Source of the DNA: Candidatus Omnitrophota bacterium
Lineage (GTDB): Bacteria; Omnitrophota; Gorgyraeia; Gygaellales; Profunditerraquicolaceae
Assembly (NCBI GenBank): GCA_003598025.1
Contig: QZKH01000002.1
Location: forward strand, 334,501 to 398,500
Length of the DNA: 64,000 nucleotides
Direction: 5' to 3'
Numbering within the stretch: position 1 is the stretch's first letter; each line of letters begins with the position of its first letter. Shown here one piece after another: positions 9,716 to 17,552 of this stretch. The notes beneath the pieces were generated by a model. The model searched no databases. It had not been told where the DNA came from and was given only the letters and a program-made list of their open reading frames with translations. A program made the position numbers and the translations under genes.

Positions 9716-10192
9716 ATGCCCGTGTCCGGTTTTAACCGTTTTTCTATAAAGCTGCTGAGTACTTTTTTTTACACAGGTTGTTTTCCTCTTGCGCCAGGGA
9801 CATTTGCAAGCCTTGTAGCGCTGTTTATATATCTTTCGATCCGTAATAATGCAGCTGTTCAGATCGGCATCATTTTGTTGTTACTTGTGTTAGGATTCTT
9901 TGTCTGCAGCAGAGCCGAAGAAGTCTTTAACAAAAAAGATCCCCCTTATATAGTCATTGATGAAGTAGCCGGTATGTTTTTAAGTTTACTTTTTATCGGT
10001 TACAGCTTTAAGCTTGTTTTCATCGGGTTTTTCTTATTCAGGCTTTTTGATACCTTAAAGGTATTTCCTGCCGCAAGGATAGAGCGTGTAGGCGGAGCTA
10101 TTGGTATAATGGGCGATGATATTATCGCAGGCTTATATGCTAATGCCCTGCTTCACCTGCTTTTGAGGGTTGCTCCTTCGATAGCTTCATAA
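9716..10192 (+). CDS. pgpA: Phosphatidylglycerophosphatase A
   Basis: PgpA family 'GCFPLAPGTFASLVAL...DEVAGM...DTLKVFPA' and synteny with pgsA. Its 3' end overlaps the convergent thpR by about 40 nt. Confidence 0.8.
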   Translation: MPVSGFNRFSIKLLSTFFYTGCFPLAPGTFASLVALFIYLSIRNNAAVQIGIILLLLVLGFFVCSRAEEVFNKKDPPYIVIDEVAGMFLSLLFIGYSFKLVFIGFFLFRLFDTLKVFPAARIERVGGAIGIMGDDIIAGLYANALLHLLLRVAPSIAS

Positions 10193-10725
10193 AGAGGCCC
10201 AGCCGATGAAAGCTCACTTTTAAATAGGAAAATTTCTTTTAACGCGATTTTTTGGATTATTGCTTTTTGCTGCGGATTTATACCAGTTATCTGTTTCTTT
10301 AGAGAGCTGATATTGTGAAATGATCTTACTCTTCCGATAGTTATATGCGGGACAGGATCTTTATCTTCTTTAGGTATCCCGATTTTCAAGAGCTTATTTT
10401 CTAAAGAGATAATAAGCTCCTTAATTTTATCGGCACCTTCATCAATCCCTGCGTATATCACCCGCGGATGGTCAAGGCCGGGAAATGCCCCGATATTAGA
10501 AATCCTGAAAGTAAAATCAATAAATTCCTTTGCTGTACTATTTAGAACTTCTTTTATCGGCGGTGTTGAATCCTGGTCTATATTGCCTAGGAATTTTAAG
10601 GTGAGGTGGATGTTTTCTTTTTCAACCCACTTTACGTCAGCCCCCGAAGTTTTCAGCTGGTTTTGGGTCTCTGAAAGACATTCTTTTATAGCCGGAGGTA
10701 ATTGTGCTGCGATAAAAGCCCGCAT
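10153..10725 (-). CDS. thpR: RNA 2',3'-cyclic phosphodiesterase (2H phosphoesterase, LigT/ThpR)
   Basis: Two HxTx motifs, 'HLTLKFLG' and 'HITIGRV', spaced as in ThpR. Confidence 0.85.
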   Translation of the reverse strand: MRAFIAAQLPPAIKECLSETQNQLKTSGADVKWVEKENIHLTLKFLGNIDQDSTPPIKEVLNSTAKEFIDFTFRISNIGAFPGLDHPRVIYAGIDEGADKIKELIISLENKLLKIGIPKEDKDPVPHITIGRVRSFHNISSLKKQITGINPQQKAIIQKIALKEIFLFKSELSSAGPLYEAIEGATLKSR

Positions 10726-10726
10726 C

Positions 10727-11197
10727 TTAGATAAGTTTATCCAGCATACTTAAAGCCATAGCGCAGGATTTATTGCGTATTTGCAGGCGGTTGCCTTTGA
10801 AAATGAACCTTTTGGTTATTGAATGATTTTCTTTCGCCAAGGATATAAATACCGTGCCTTTGGGCTTCAATTTCGAGCCTCCTGTCGGCCCGGCTATACC
10901 TGTTATACCAACGCCTATATCAGTATCTAGGATTTCTTTTACATTTCTTGCCATTTGCTGCGCTACTTCTTTTGAAACAGCGCCTTTATTTTTTATAAGG
11001 TGCCGGGGTATATTTAATAATTTGATTTTAGCGTTATTATTGTAAGCGACTATGCCAAAAATAAAATATGCTGAGCTGCCGGAAAGGTCCGTGAGGAATT
11101 TTGAGAGCAAGCCACCTGTACATGATTCGGCTACTGCTAAAGAATATCCGGCATCCGTTAGTTTACGGTGAAGCTGCCTTAAGGCTATTTTTTTCAT
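10727..11197 (-). CDS. pncC: CinA C-terminal domain protein / nicotinamide-nucleotide amidohydrolase PncC
   Basis: Hallmark 'YSLAVAESCTGGLL' and 'GITGIAGPTGG'. Confidence 0.85.
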   Translation of the reverse strand: MKKIALRQLHRKLTDAGYSLAVAESCTGGLLSKFLTDLSGSSAYFIFGIVAYNNNAKIKLLNIPRHLIKNKGAVSKEVAQQMARNVKEILDTDIGVGITGIAGPTGGSKLKPKGTVFISLAKENHSITKRFIFKGNRLQIRNKSCAMALSMLDKLI

Positions 11198-11224
11198 ACC
11201 TATATTATAACGTTTTTATAATGA

Positions 11225-11253
11225 TTGACAAGACAGGATTTTTATAATAAAAT
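11225..11253 (+). promoter_or_regulatory. Candidate sigma70 promoter (TTGACA-17-TAAAAT) for the rib leader
   Basis: TTGACA at 11225-11230 and TAAAAT at 11248-11253, directly upstream of the riboswitch P1 strand. Confidence 0.45.
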
Positions 11254-11330
11254 TATACCCATCTTCAGGGCTCTGCCAGAAGATGGCAGATCTGCCGTAA
11301 AAGGCAGAAGGTGTAAATCCTGACCGGCGG

Positions 11331-11574
11331 TTGCGCAGAAGCGCACACTGATGCTTCCGATAGCATCATGTGTCAGCGCAGAAGCGCACACTGATGCGCA
11401 TATAGCGTGCCAGGCGAAAGTCCGCAAGCCTTAAAAAGGCATGAACCGGTGTAATACCGGTACCGATGGTTGCGCAGAAGCGCACACTGACGCATCATAT
11501 AGCGTCAGGTGTTGCGCAGTGTTACACGCCGGGTTTTCCTTTTAAACCGGGTGTTAACGCAGAAGCGCACACTG
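11331..11574 (+). repeat. Four copies of a ~20-nt hairpin repeat 'TGCGCAGAAGCGCACACTGA' (copies at 11331, 11375, 11470 and 11557) inside the riboswitch
   Basis: Direct reading of the sequence. Each copy holds the 5-bp hairpin TGCGC-AGAA-GCGCA. Two copies are followed by a second repeat 'GCGCAT(CAT)ATAGCG(T/C)CAGGTGTTGC', which recurs at 11750-11778 just before the ribBA RBS. Confidence 0.8.
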
Positions 11575-11623
11575 ACTCACCGAGTTGGTGCAAAGTCCAG
11601 ATGGGAGAAGATAAAAACTTATA

Positions 11624-11650
11624 CCCGAAGATTATCTTCGGGTTTTTTGT
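11624..11650 (+). terminator. Rho-independent terminator, the riboswitch expression platform
   Basis: 'CCCGAAGA-tta-TCTTCGGG' forms an 8-bp stem and is followed by 'TTTTTTGTTG'. Confidence 0.8.
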
Positions 11651-11806
11651 TGCAGAGGCAACACACTGGACTATCCTTTAAGTCCAGGTGTAACAGAGGC
11701 AACATACACCTTGCCCAATATGATGGGCAAGTGTGCGTCTCTACGCTACTGGCGCATCATATAGCGCCAGGTGTTGCATAATCTAAATACCTTAACGGAG
11801 AAGCAA

Positions 11807-13015
11807 ATGTTTAATAATATCACAGAAATATTAGAGGATCTTAAAAACGGCAAGATGGTCATAGTCATCGATGACGAAGACCGTGAAAATGAAGGCGATC
11901 TGCTTATTGCCGCATCTTTTGCCAAGGCAGAAGACATAAATTTTATGGCTAAATATGCAAGAGGCTTGATCTGCGTGCCTATGGAAGAAGAGAGACTAAA
12001 ATTTTTAAATCTGCAACCTATGCTTGAGCGTTCAGCGCCTTTCACAAAGAAAGATCCGTTTTCCACAGCATGGGTTATTTCGGTTGATGCTGCTAAGGGG
12101 ATAACTACCGGAATTTCAGCCCATGATAGGTCTATTACGATAGCCGCACTTATTAACCCTCAATCCCATCCGGAGGACCTGATACGGCCCGGTCATCTTT
12201 TCCCTCTTAAGTCTGCAGAGGGGGGGGTTTTGGTAAGAGCAGGGCATACTGAAGCAGCCGTAGATTTGATGAGATTGAGCGGGCTTTACCCGGCAGGCGT
12301 AATTTGCGAAATAATGAACGATGACGGCTCAATGGCAAGGCTGCCCGAACTGCTTAAATTCAGCAAAGAGCATAATTTAAGAATATGTTCCATAGCAGAT
12401 TTGATAAAATACCGCAGGCATTTCGAAAAATTAGTAGAGAGAATAGCGCGGGCAGCTCTTCCTACGCCGTTCGGTACTTTTGAATTAGTGCTTTATCAAG
12501 ATTCCATAGCTAAACAGACCAATGTAGCTTTAATTATGGGGGAATTGAATAATGATCCTATATTGGTAAGGGTGCATTCCGCATGCCTTACAGGCGATAT
12601 CTTTGGGTCTTTGCGATGTGATTGCGGGCGGCAATTAAATAAGGCCATGGAGATAATCGGCAAGGAAAAAAGAGGGGTTATCCTTTACATGAACCAGGAA
12701 GGAAGGGGCATCGGTCTTATTGATAAAATAAAGGCCTATAGCCTGCAGGAGAAAGGGCTTGATACCGTAGAGGCAAATGAAGCCTTGGGCCATAAAGCAG
12801 ACCTGAGGGACTATGGTATAGGAGCGCAAATATTAGCGGACCTTGGAGTAAAAAATATAAGGCTTATAACAAATAATCCGAGGAAAATCGTAGGGCTGGA
12901 AGGGCATGGTTTGAAAATAATAGACCGTGTTCCGTTAGAGGTTGAGCCAAACCCTATTAATTATAAATATCTGAAAACAAAAAAAGATAAACTTGGGCAC
13001 CAATTAACTTTATAG
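11807..13015 (+). CDS. ribBA: Bifunctional 3,4-dihydroxy-2-butanone-4-phosphate synthase / GTP cyclohydrolase II
   Basis: DHBP synthase 'DDEDRENEGDL' and 'RAGHTEAAVDL'. GTP cyclohydrolase II 'CLTGDIFGSLRCDCG' and 'NQEGRGIGL'. Start at 11807 follows a GGAGAAG RBS. The track start at 11771 is an over-extension. Confidence 0.92.
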   Translation: MFNNITEILEDLKNGKMVIVIDDEDRENEGDLLIAASFAKAEDINFMAKYARGLICVPMEEERLKFLNLQPMLERSAPFTKKDPFSTAWVISVDAAKGITTGISAHDRSITIAALINPQSHPEDLIRPGHLFPLKSAEGGVLVRAGHTEAAVDLMRLSGLYPAGVICEIMNDDGSMARLPELLKFSKEHNLRICSIADLIKYRRHFEKLVERIARAALPTPFGTFELVLYQDSIAKQTNVALIMGELNNDPILVRVHSACLTGDIFGSLRCDCGRQLNKAMEIIGKEKRGVILYMNQEGRGIGLIDKIKAYSLQEKGLDTVEANEALGHKADLRDYGIGAQILADLGVKNIRLITNNPRKIVGLEGHGLKIIDRVPLEVEPNPINYKYLKTKKDKLGHQLTL

Positions 13016-13036
13016 ACCTGTAAAAAAGGAGACAAG

Positions 13037-13504
13037 ATGGTAAAAACGATTGAAGGCAGCTTAATTGCAAAAGGCAAGAAGTTCGGTTTAATTGCTTCAC
13101 GTTTCAATGATTTTATTACAAAGGAATTGATTTCAGGTTGCGTCGATACCTTGATCAGGCATGGGGCGCAGGAAAAAGATATTTCGCTTGTTTGGGCTCC
13201 CGGCGCCTTTGAGATTCCGGCGATAGCCGCAAAATTATCAAAGTCAAAATCTTTTGATGCGCTTATTTGTCTTGGGACGGTAATACGCGGTTCAACGCCC
13301 CATTTTGAATATGTGGCATCTGAGGCGGCAAAAGGCATAGCAAAAATATCGCAGGATTCGGGTTTACCGGTAATTTTTGGGGTTATTACTGCAGATACTA
13401 TAGAGCAGGCGATTGAGAGGGCCGGTACAAAAGATGGTAATAAGGGCAGGGATGCCGCTGTTTCGGCTATTGAGATGTCTAACTTGTTTGAATCATTAAA
13501 ATAG
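13037..13504 (+). CDS. ribH: 6,7-dimethyl-8-ribityllumazine synthase
   Basis: '[15 protein letters not shown]', '[13 protein letters not shown]' and '[15 protein letters not shown]'. Confidence 0.92.
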   Translation: MVKTIEGSLIAKGKKFGLIASRFNDFITKELISGCVDTLIRHGAQEKDISLVWAPGAFEIPAIAAKLSKSKSFDALICLGTVIRGSTPHFEYVASEAAKGIAKISQDSGLPVIFGVITADTIEQAIERAGTKDGNKGRDAAVSAIEMSNLFESLK

Positions 13505-13512
13505 GAAGAACT

Positions 13513-13926
13513 ATGCGTAAAAGGACTCGCTCGCGTGAATTTGCCTTACAAATACTTTATCAGATAGACATAACCGGATGGGATTATAAAGATTCTCTTG
13601 AGACTTTCTGGAATTTTAATCCCTCGGCCGATATCGACGATAATGTCAAGGAATTTACTGCTTTGATAGTCGCAGGCGTGATTAAGAATTTGAAAGATAT
13701 CGACGATAAGATATCTTCGTTCGCCGAGAATTGGCATCTTAAGCGCATGGCTGTCGTTGACAGGAACATCATGAGAATGGCCTGTTTTGAGATGCTTTTT
13801 TGCAGCGACATTCCCAGGAAAGTTTCAATAAATGAAGCCGTTGAGCTTGCTAAAAAGTATTCTGGTGTTGAGGCGGCTAAATTCGTGAATGGGATTTTGG
13901 ACAAAATAAAAAAGGTAAATCAATGA
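13513..13926 (+). CDS. nusB: Transcription antitermination factor NusB
   Basis: 'SREFALQILYQIDI' and the family pattern throughout. Classic ribH-nusB linkage. Confidence 0.88.
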   Translation: MRKRTRSREFALQILYQIDITGWDYKDSLETFWNFNPSADIDDNVKEFTALIVAGVIKNLKDIDDKISSFAENWHLKRMAVVDRNIMRMACFEMLFCSDIPRKVSINEAVELAKKYSGVEAAKFVNGILDKIKKVNQ

Positions 13927-14750
13927 AATTTGTAGATTTGCACTTACATAGCTTCTTTTCTGATGGGACATGCAGCCCCCAAGAATTGGTTCTTCAGGCA
14001 AAAGAGGCCGGTGTATCTGCAATCTCAGTTGTCGACCATGATACAGTAAGCGCCGTAAGCTTAGTCGCCGATGAAGCAAACAAATATGATATAGAGGTCG
14101 TGCCGGGGATCGAGCTGTCGGCCGATTATAATGGCAGCGAAGTCCATATTCTCGGATATCTTATCGATCATCAGGCAAAAGATTTCCTTGATGAGCTTGA
14201 GCTACTTAAGAAGTCCAGGATAAAACGTATATATATGATGTTGGATAAATTAAACACCCTTGGGGTTAATTTATCACCAGATAGCGTATTTGCTGTCGCA
14301 GGTTCTGGCACAATCAGCCGTTTACATATTGCAAGGGCAATGCTTAATGAGGGGTTTATTACTTCTATTCAGGAGGCATTTCAGAAATACATAGGCGATA
14401 AAGGGCCCGCTTATGTTTCGAGTTTCAGATTAGGGCCTAAAGAGGCAATAGGCTTGATTAAGAGAGTAGGCGGCTTGGCCGTGATTGCTCATCCCTATAT
14501 TCTTGCAAGCGATAAGCCCATACTTGAATTTATTGAATTCGGCCTGGATGGTATAGAGATTTTTTATCCTGAGCATTCGCAGTCAATGATAAAACATTAC
14601 CTGAAGTTGGCTGAAGAATATAATTTACTGGCAACAGGCGGTTCTGATTTTCATGGTTCGGCCAAACCCGAAGTTAAAATAGGATGTGTTAAGATCCCGT
14701 ATCATATAGTCCAAGACATGAGGGACTACAAGAAGGAGCAAGGGGTGTGA
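13923..14750 (+). CDS. PHP-domain metal-dependent phosphoesterase (TrpH/YciV-like)
   Basis: N-terminal 'VDLHLHSFFSDGTCSPQELV' and 'VVDHDTVSAV' His/Asp metal ligands. Size is about 275 aa. The gene is embedded between nusB and ribD, with overlapping stop and start codons on both sides. Confidence 0.75.
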   Translation: MKFVDLHLHSFFSDGTCSPQELVLQAKEAGVSAISVVDHDTVSAVSLVADEANKYDIEVVPGIELSADYNGSEVHILGYLIDHQAKDFLDELELLKKSRIKRIYMMLDKLNTLGVNLSPDSVFAVAGSGTISRLHIARAMLNEGFITSIQEAFQKYIGDKGPAYVSSFRLGPKEAIGLIKRVGGLAVIAHPYILASDKPILEFIEFGLDGIEIFYPEHSQSMIKHYLKLAEEYNLLATGGSDFHGSAKPEVKIGCVKIPYHIVQDMRDYKKEQGV

Positions 14751-15838
14751 ATATGGATCATAATCATTTTATGAAGCAGGCATATTTACTTGCTAAAAAA
14801 GCTAAAGGCAAGACTTCTCCTAATCCTATGGTCGGGGCATTGGTGGTAAAGGCCGGTAATATAGTCGGCAGAGGGTATCATATCCGCGCCGGACAGCCGC
14901 ATGCAGAGATTACTGCATTATCTGAGGCAGCTAAATTTTCAAAGGGCGCGACTCTTTATGTTACTCTTGAGCCTTGTGTCCACTTCGGGAGGACGCCTCC
15001 CTGTGTAAATTCTATAATCCGCAGCGGGATAAAGAAAGTTGTAATAGGGATGCTGGACCCTAACCCCATAATAAACGGCAGGGGTGTTGAGGCGCTGAAG
15101 AAATCAGGCATCGAAGTAGAAGTTGGCTTTCTCCAGCAGGAGTTAAAGCAGTTAAATGAGAGTTTTATAAAATATATAGTTACTCGGCTTCCTTTTATTA
15201 CTGTTAAGGCCGCAGAGTCACTTGACGGAAGAATAGCTACCCATAACGGAGACTCAAAGTGGATTACTTCGGATAAATCACGTATATTGGCCCACCGTAT
15301 GCGGGCTAAATATGATGCTGTAATGGTGGGGGTAAATACAGTAATAAGAGATGACCCGAGATTAGATGCCTGGTTTCTCGGTAAGCAGCCGGCAAAGATA
15401 GTGATAGACAGCCAATTGAGCACGCCGGAAAATGCCAAGATATTTTCCAATAATTCAGATGTTATTATTGTAACCTTGCCTTCCAAGCCGGGCTTAGAAA
15501 CAGAGAATAGAAAGATTTTGACCAGAAAAGCCAGGATATTAGAAGTGAAAGAGAAAAACGGGCAGGTTAACCTCCGGGATGCCATGAGAAAGCTCGCTAA
15601 AATGAAAATCACCAGTATATTCTGTGAAGGCGGCGGGACATTGATAGGTTCGTTATTTGATGAACAGCTGGTAGATAAGGTCGTCTTTTTTATCAGCCCA
15701 AAGATAATCGGCGGTAAAGATGCCATAAGCTCAGTAATGGGAAGCGGGGTTACAAAAATTGATAGGGCGGTAAAAGTCAAGGATATGAAATTAAGAAGAA
15801 TCGGCGATGATATACTAATAGAGGGTTATATTAAATAA
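14747..15838 (+). CDS. ribD: Bifunctional diaminohydroxyphosphoribosylaminopyrimidine deaminase / 5-amino-6-(5-phosphoribosylamino)uracil reductase
   Basis: Deaminase zinc motifs 'HAEITAL' and 'PCVHFGRTPPC'. A C-terminal reductase domain follows. Confidence 0.92.
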   Translation: MNMDHNHFMKQAYLLAKKAKGKTSPNPMVGALVVKAGNIVGRGYHIRAGQPHAEITALSEAAKFSKGATLYVTLEPCVHFGRTPPCVNSIIRSGIKKVVIGMLDPNPIINGRGVEALKKSGIEVEVGFLQQELKQLNESFIKYIVTRLPFITVKAAESLDGRIATHNGDSKWITSDKSRILAHRMRAKYDAVMVGVNTVIRDDPRLDAWFLGKQPAKIVIDSQLSTPENAKIFSNNSDVIIVTLPSKPGLETENRKILTRKARILEVKEKNGQVNLRDAMRKLAKMKITSIFCEGGGTLIGSLFDEQLVDKVVFFISPKIIGGKDAISSVMGSGVTKIDRAVKVKDMKLRRIGDDILIEGYIK

Positions 15839-15839
15839 A

Positions 15840-16436
15840 ATGTTTACCGGTATTATAGAGGAACTGGGCGTTGTAAAAAGTTTTTCTAAGACAGGCAGCG
15901 TAAGCCTTTTAACTATCAACCAGAATATTATTGGCCAGAATACTAATATCGGGGACAGCATTGCTGTAAACGGCGTGTGCCTTACGGTAGTGAAGAATGA
16001 GGCGGGGAGTTTAAGTTTTGAAATGATGCCCATCACCAGCCAAGATACCAATTTAAGAAAACTTTCAGCAGGCGCGAAAGTAAATCTTGAACGCAGCTTA
16101 AAGTTGGGAGATAGGCTTTCAGGGCATTTTGTAAGCGGCCATATAGATTGTATCGGGGTCATACGCAGAAAAAAACATATCAGCGGCAATATATGTTTTG
16201 AGATTGCTTATCCCGTTCAAAAGGCGGCATATCTGGTGCCTAAAGGCTCGGTTGCAGTTGACGGCATAAGCCTTACTGTAATGGATAAAAAAGCGGATAT
16301 TTTTGCTGTCCATATTATCCCCCATACGTTTAAGAATACCACACTAAGCTTTAAGGCTGCTTCTGATGAGGTAAATATTGAGTTTGACCTTCTCGCCAAA
16401 ATAAACAGTTCCGCAGTACCTGTTTCCCGATATTGA
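15840..16436 (+). CDS. ribE: Riboflavin synthase alpha subunit
   Basis: 'MFTGIIEELG' start and the duplicated lumazine-binding half-domains ('GDSIAVNGVCLTV' and 'GSVAVDGISLTV'). Confidence 0.9.
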   Translation: MFTGIIEELGVVKSFSKTGSVSLLTINQNIIGQNTNIGDSIAVNGVCLTVVKNEAGSLSFEMMPITSQDTNLRKLSAGAKVNLERSLKLGDRLSGHFVSGHIDCIGVIRRKKHISGNICFEIAYPVQKAAYLVPKGSVAVDGISLTVMDKKADIFAVHIIPHTFKNTTLSFKAASDEVNIEFDLLAKINSSAVPVSRY

Positions 16437-16448
16437 TAGGTATAAATA

Positions 16449-16477
16449 TTGATAAGAATTTCAATTTTTGCTATACT
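16449..16477 (+). promoter_or_regulatory. Sigma70-type promoter (TTGATA-17-TATACT) for tRNA-Pro
   Basis: TTGATA at 16449-16454 and TATACT at 16472-16477, about 18 nt upstream of the mature tRNA 5' end. Confidence 0.55.
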
Positions 16478-16494
16478 AAATAATCTCTTAAATA

Positions 16495-16569
16495 CGGGGC
16501 GTGGCTCAGTTTGGCTAGAGCGCAGCGTTCGGGACGCTGAGGTCACAGGTTCAAGTCCTGTCGCCCCGA
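16495..16569 (+). tRNA. tRNA-Pro (anticodon CGG)
   Basis: Hand-folded cloverleaf. Acceptor stem is CGGGGCG/CGCCCCG and D arm is GCTC-AGTTTGGCTA-GAGC. Anticodon stem CAGCG/CGCTG carries the loop TTCGGGA. T arm is ACAGG-TTCAAGT-CCTGT, and the discriminator is A. CCA is not encoded. Confidence 0.85.
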
Positions 16570-16588
16570 TAAAATAAAAAGCATAATA

Positions 16589-17272
16589 ATGTTCTTAAAA
16601 TCCTTCGCAAGAAAAGCTCTTAATCTATTAGGTTATGATGTAAGCCTCTATAGTTCTAAAGCCATGGTATTAGGCTCGGAATTGCCATTTTTACTCTATT
16701 TCAAAAGGGTGTTTGAGTATATAAAAGATAAAGAAGGCGATGTGGTTGAGTGCGGTGTGCATTTTGGAAGAACACTGTTATTCCTATCGCATCTTGTTAA
16801 AGATGAAGGAACAGGAAGGAAGATATGGGGATTTGATTCTTTTGAAGGATTACCTGCTTTATCAAAAGAAGATTTAGGCTTACGTCCTCGCAGAAAAGGG
16901 GAGCTGTCAGCAGGCAATATCTTAAAAGTTAATAATTTTCTTATTAGCGGCGGCCTGGGCAATGATTTTGTAAGTTCACAAGTTACGCTTATCAAAGGAT
17001 TTTTTAAGGATAGCCTATCTAAATATACAGGTTCAAAGATAGCCATACTGCATATTGACGCAGATTTATATGATTCATATCTTACCGTGTTGAATGAGTT
17101 CTATCCTAAAGTTGTTAGTGGCGGAGTAGTGCTGTTTGATGAATATGTTACCACTAGGGATATGATTTACTGGCCCGGAGCTCAAAGAGCTATCGACGAT
17201 TTTTTTGGAGACAAGAAAAATCTTATACAGAGGGATGACCGGACTGGCAAATATTACCTGATCAAACCTTAA
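16589..17272 (+). CDS. TylF/MycF-family (macrocin O-methyltransferase-like) class I SAM-dependent methyltransferase
   Basis: 'ECGVHFGRTLLFL', 'GFDSFEGLP' and 'ILHIDADLYDSYLTVLNEFYPKVVSGGVVLFDEY' are characteristic of the TylF family. The gene lies immediately 3' of tRNA-Pro. Confidence 0.7.
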   Translation: MFLKSFARKALNLLGYDVSLYSSKAMVLGSELPFLLYFKRVFEYIKDKEGDVVECGVHFGRTLLFLSHLVKDEGTGRKIWGFDSFEGLPALSKEDLGLRPRRKGELSAGNILKVNNFLISGGLGNDFVSSQVTLIKGFFKDSLSKYTGSKIAILHIDADLYDSYLTVLNEFYPKVVSGGVVLFDEYVTTRDMIYWPGAQRAIDDFFGDKKNLIQRDDRTGKYYLIKP

Positions 17273-17279
17273 ATTTATA

Positions 17280-17552
17280 ATGCCAAACCAGGTGCATGTG
17301 TTTTATGAAGGCAGGGTTCAGGGGATAGGATTCCGTTTTACGGTTGAGCGTATTGCTAATCAACTGGGAGTTTATGGCTGGGTCAGGAATTTAGGGGATG
17401 GTAGAGTAGAACTTTGGGCTGAAGGCGATAGCGGGATTTTAAAAGAATTTCTTAGCCAGATCAAAAGCTATTTTTTACAATACATCAACAATACTGAGGA
17501 GAATTGGCAACAGGGAGTTTCTTTGTTCCAGGATTTTAGAGTGAGATTCTGA
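17280..17552 (+). CDS. acyP: Acylphosphatase
   Basis: 'VHVFYEGRVQGIGFRFTVERIANQLGVYGWVRNLGDGRVEL'. The stop codon overlaps the next start (TGATG). Confidence 0.85.
   Translation: MPNQVHVFYEGRVQGIGFRFTVERIANQLGVYGWVRNLGDGRVELWAEGDSGILKEFLSQIKSYFLQYINNTEENWQQGVSLFQDFRVRF

Larger units (their letters stand above)
11258..11650 (+). promoter_or_regulatory. FMN riboswitch (RFN element) with unusually large internal insertions and an intrinsic terminator
   Basis: 5' P1/P2 core 'ATCTTCAGGGC...GGTGTAAATCCTGACCGGCGGT' and P4/P5-like 'AACCGGTGTAATACCGGTACCGATGGT'. The 3' core 'AAAGTCCAGATGGGAGAAGAT' can close P1 by pairing with the 5' 'ATCTTC'. The terminator follows. The aptamer is about 350 nt, against about 140 nt normally. 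Confidence 0.75.

Noticed and set aside
11242-11781. Three small ORFs (11242-11427 minus strand, 11466-11681 plus strand, 11509-11781 plus strand) in the rib leader
   Set aside because: They lie entirely within the FMN riboswitch/terminator and the repeat-rich leader. Their translations are low-complexity with no RBS.
14956-15780. 274-aa minus-strand ORF (and similar ones at 9129-9557, 3942-4487, 53444-53953, 6447-6869 and others) overlapping strongly supported + strand genes
   Set aside because: These are shadow ORFs opposite highly conserved genes (ribD, pgsA, pnp, mreB, ftsK). They are low-complexity, Ser/Pro/Leu-rich translations with no motifs and no RBS.
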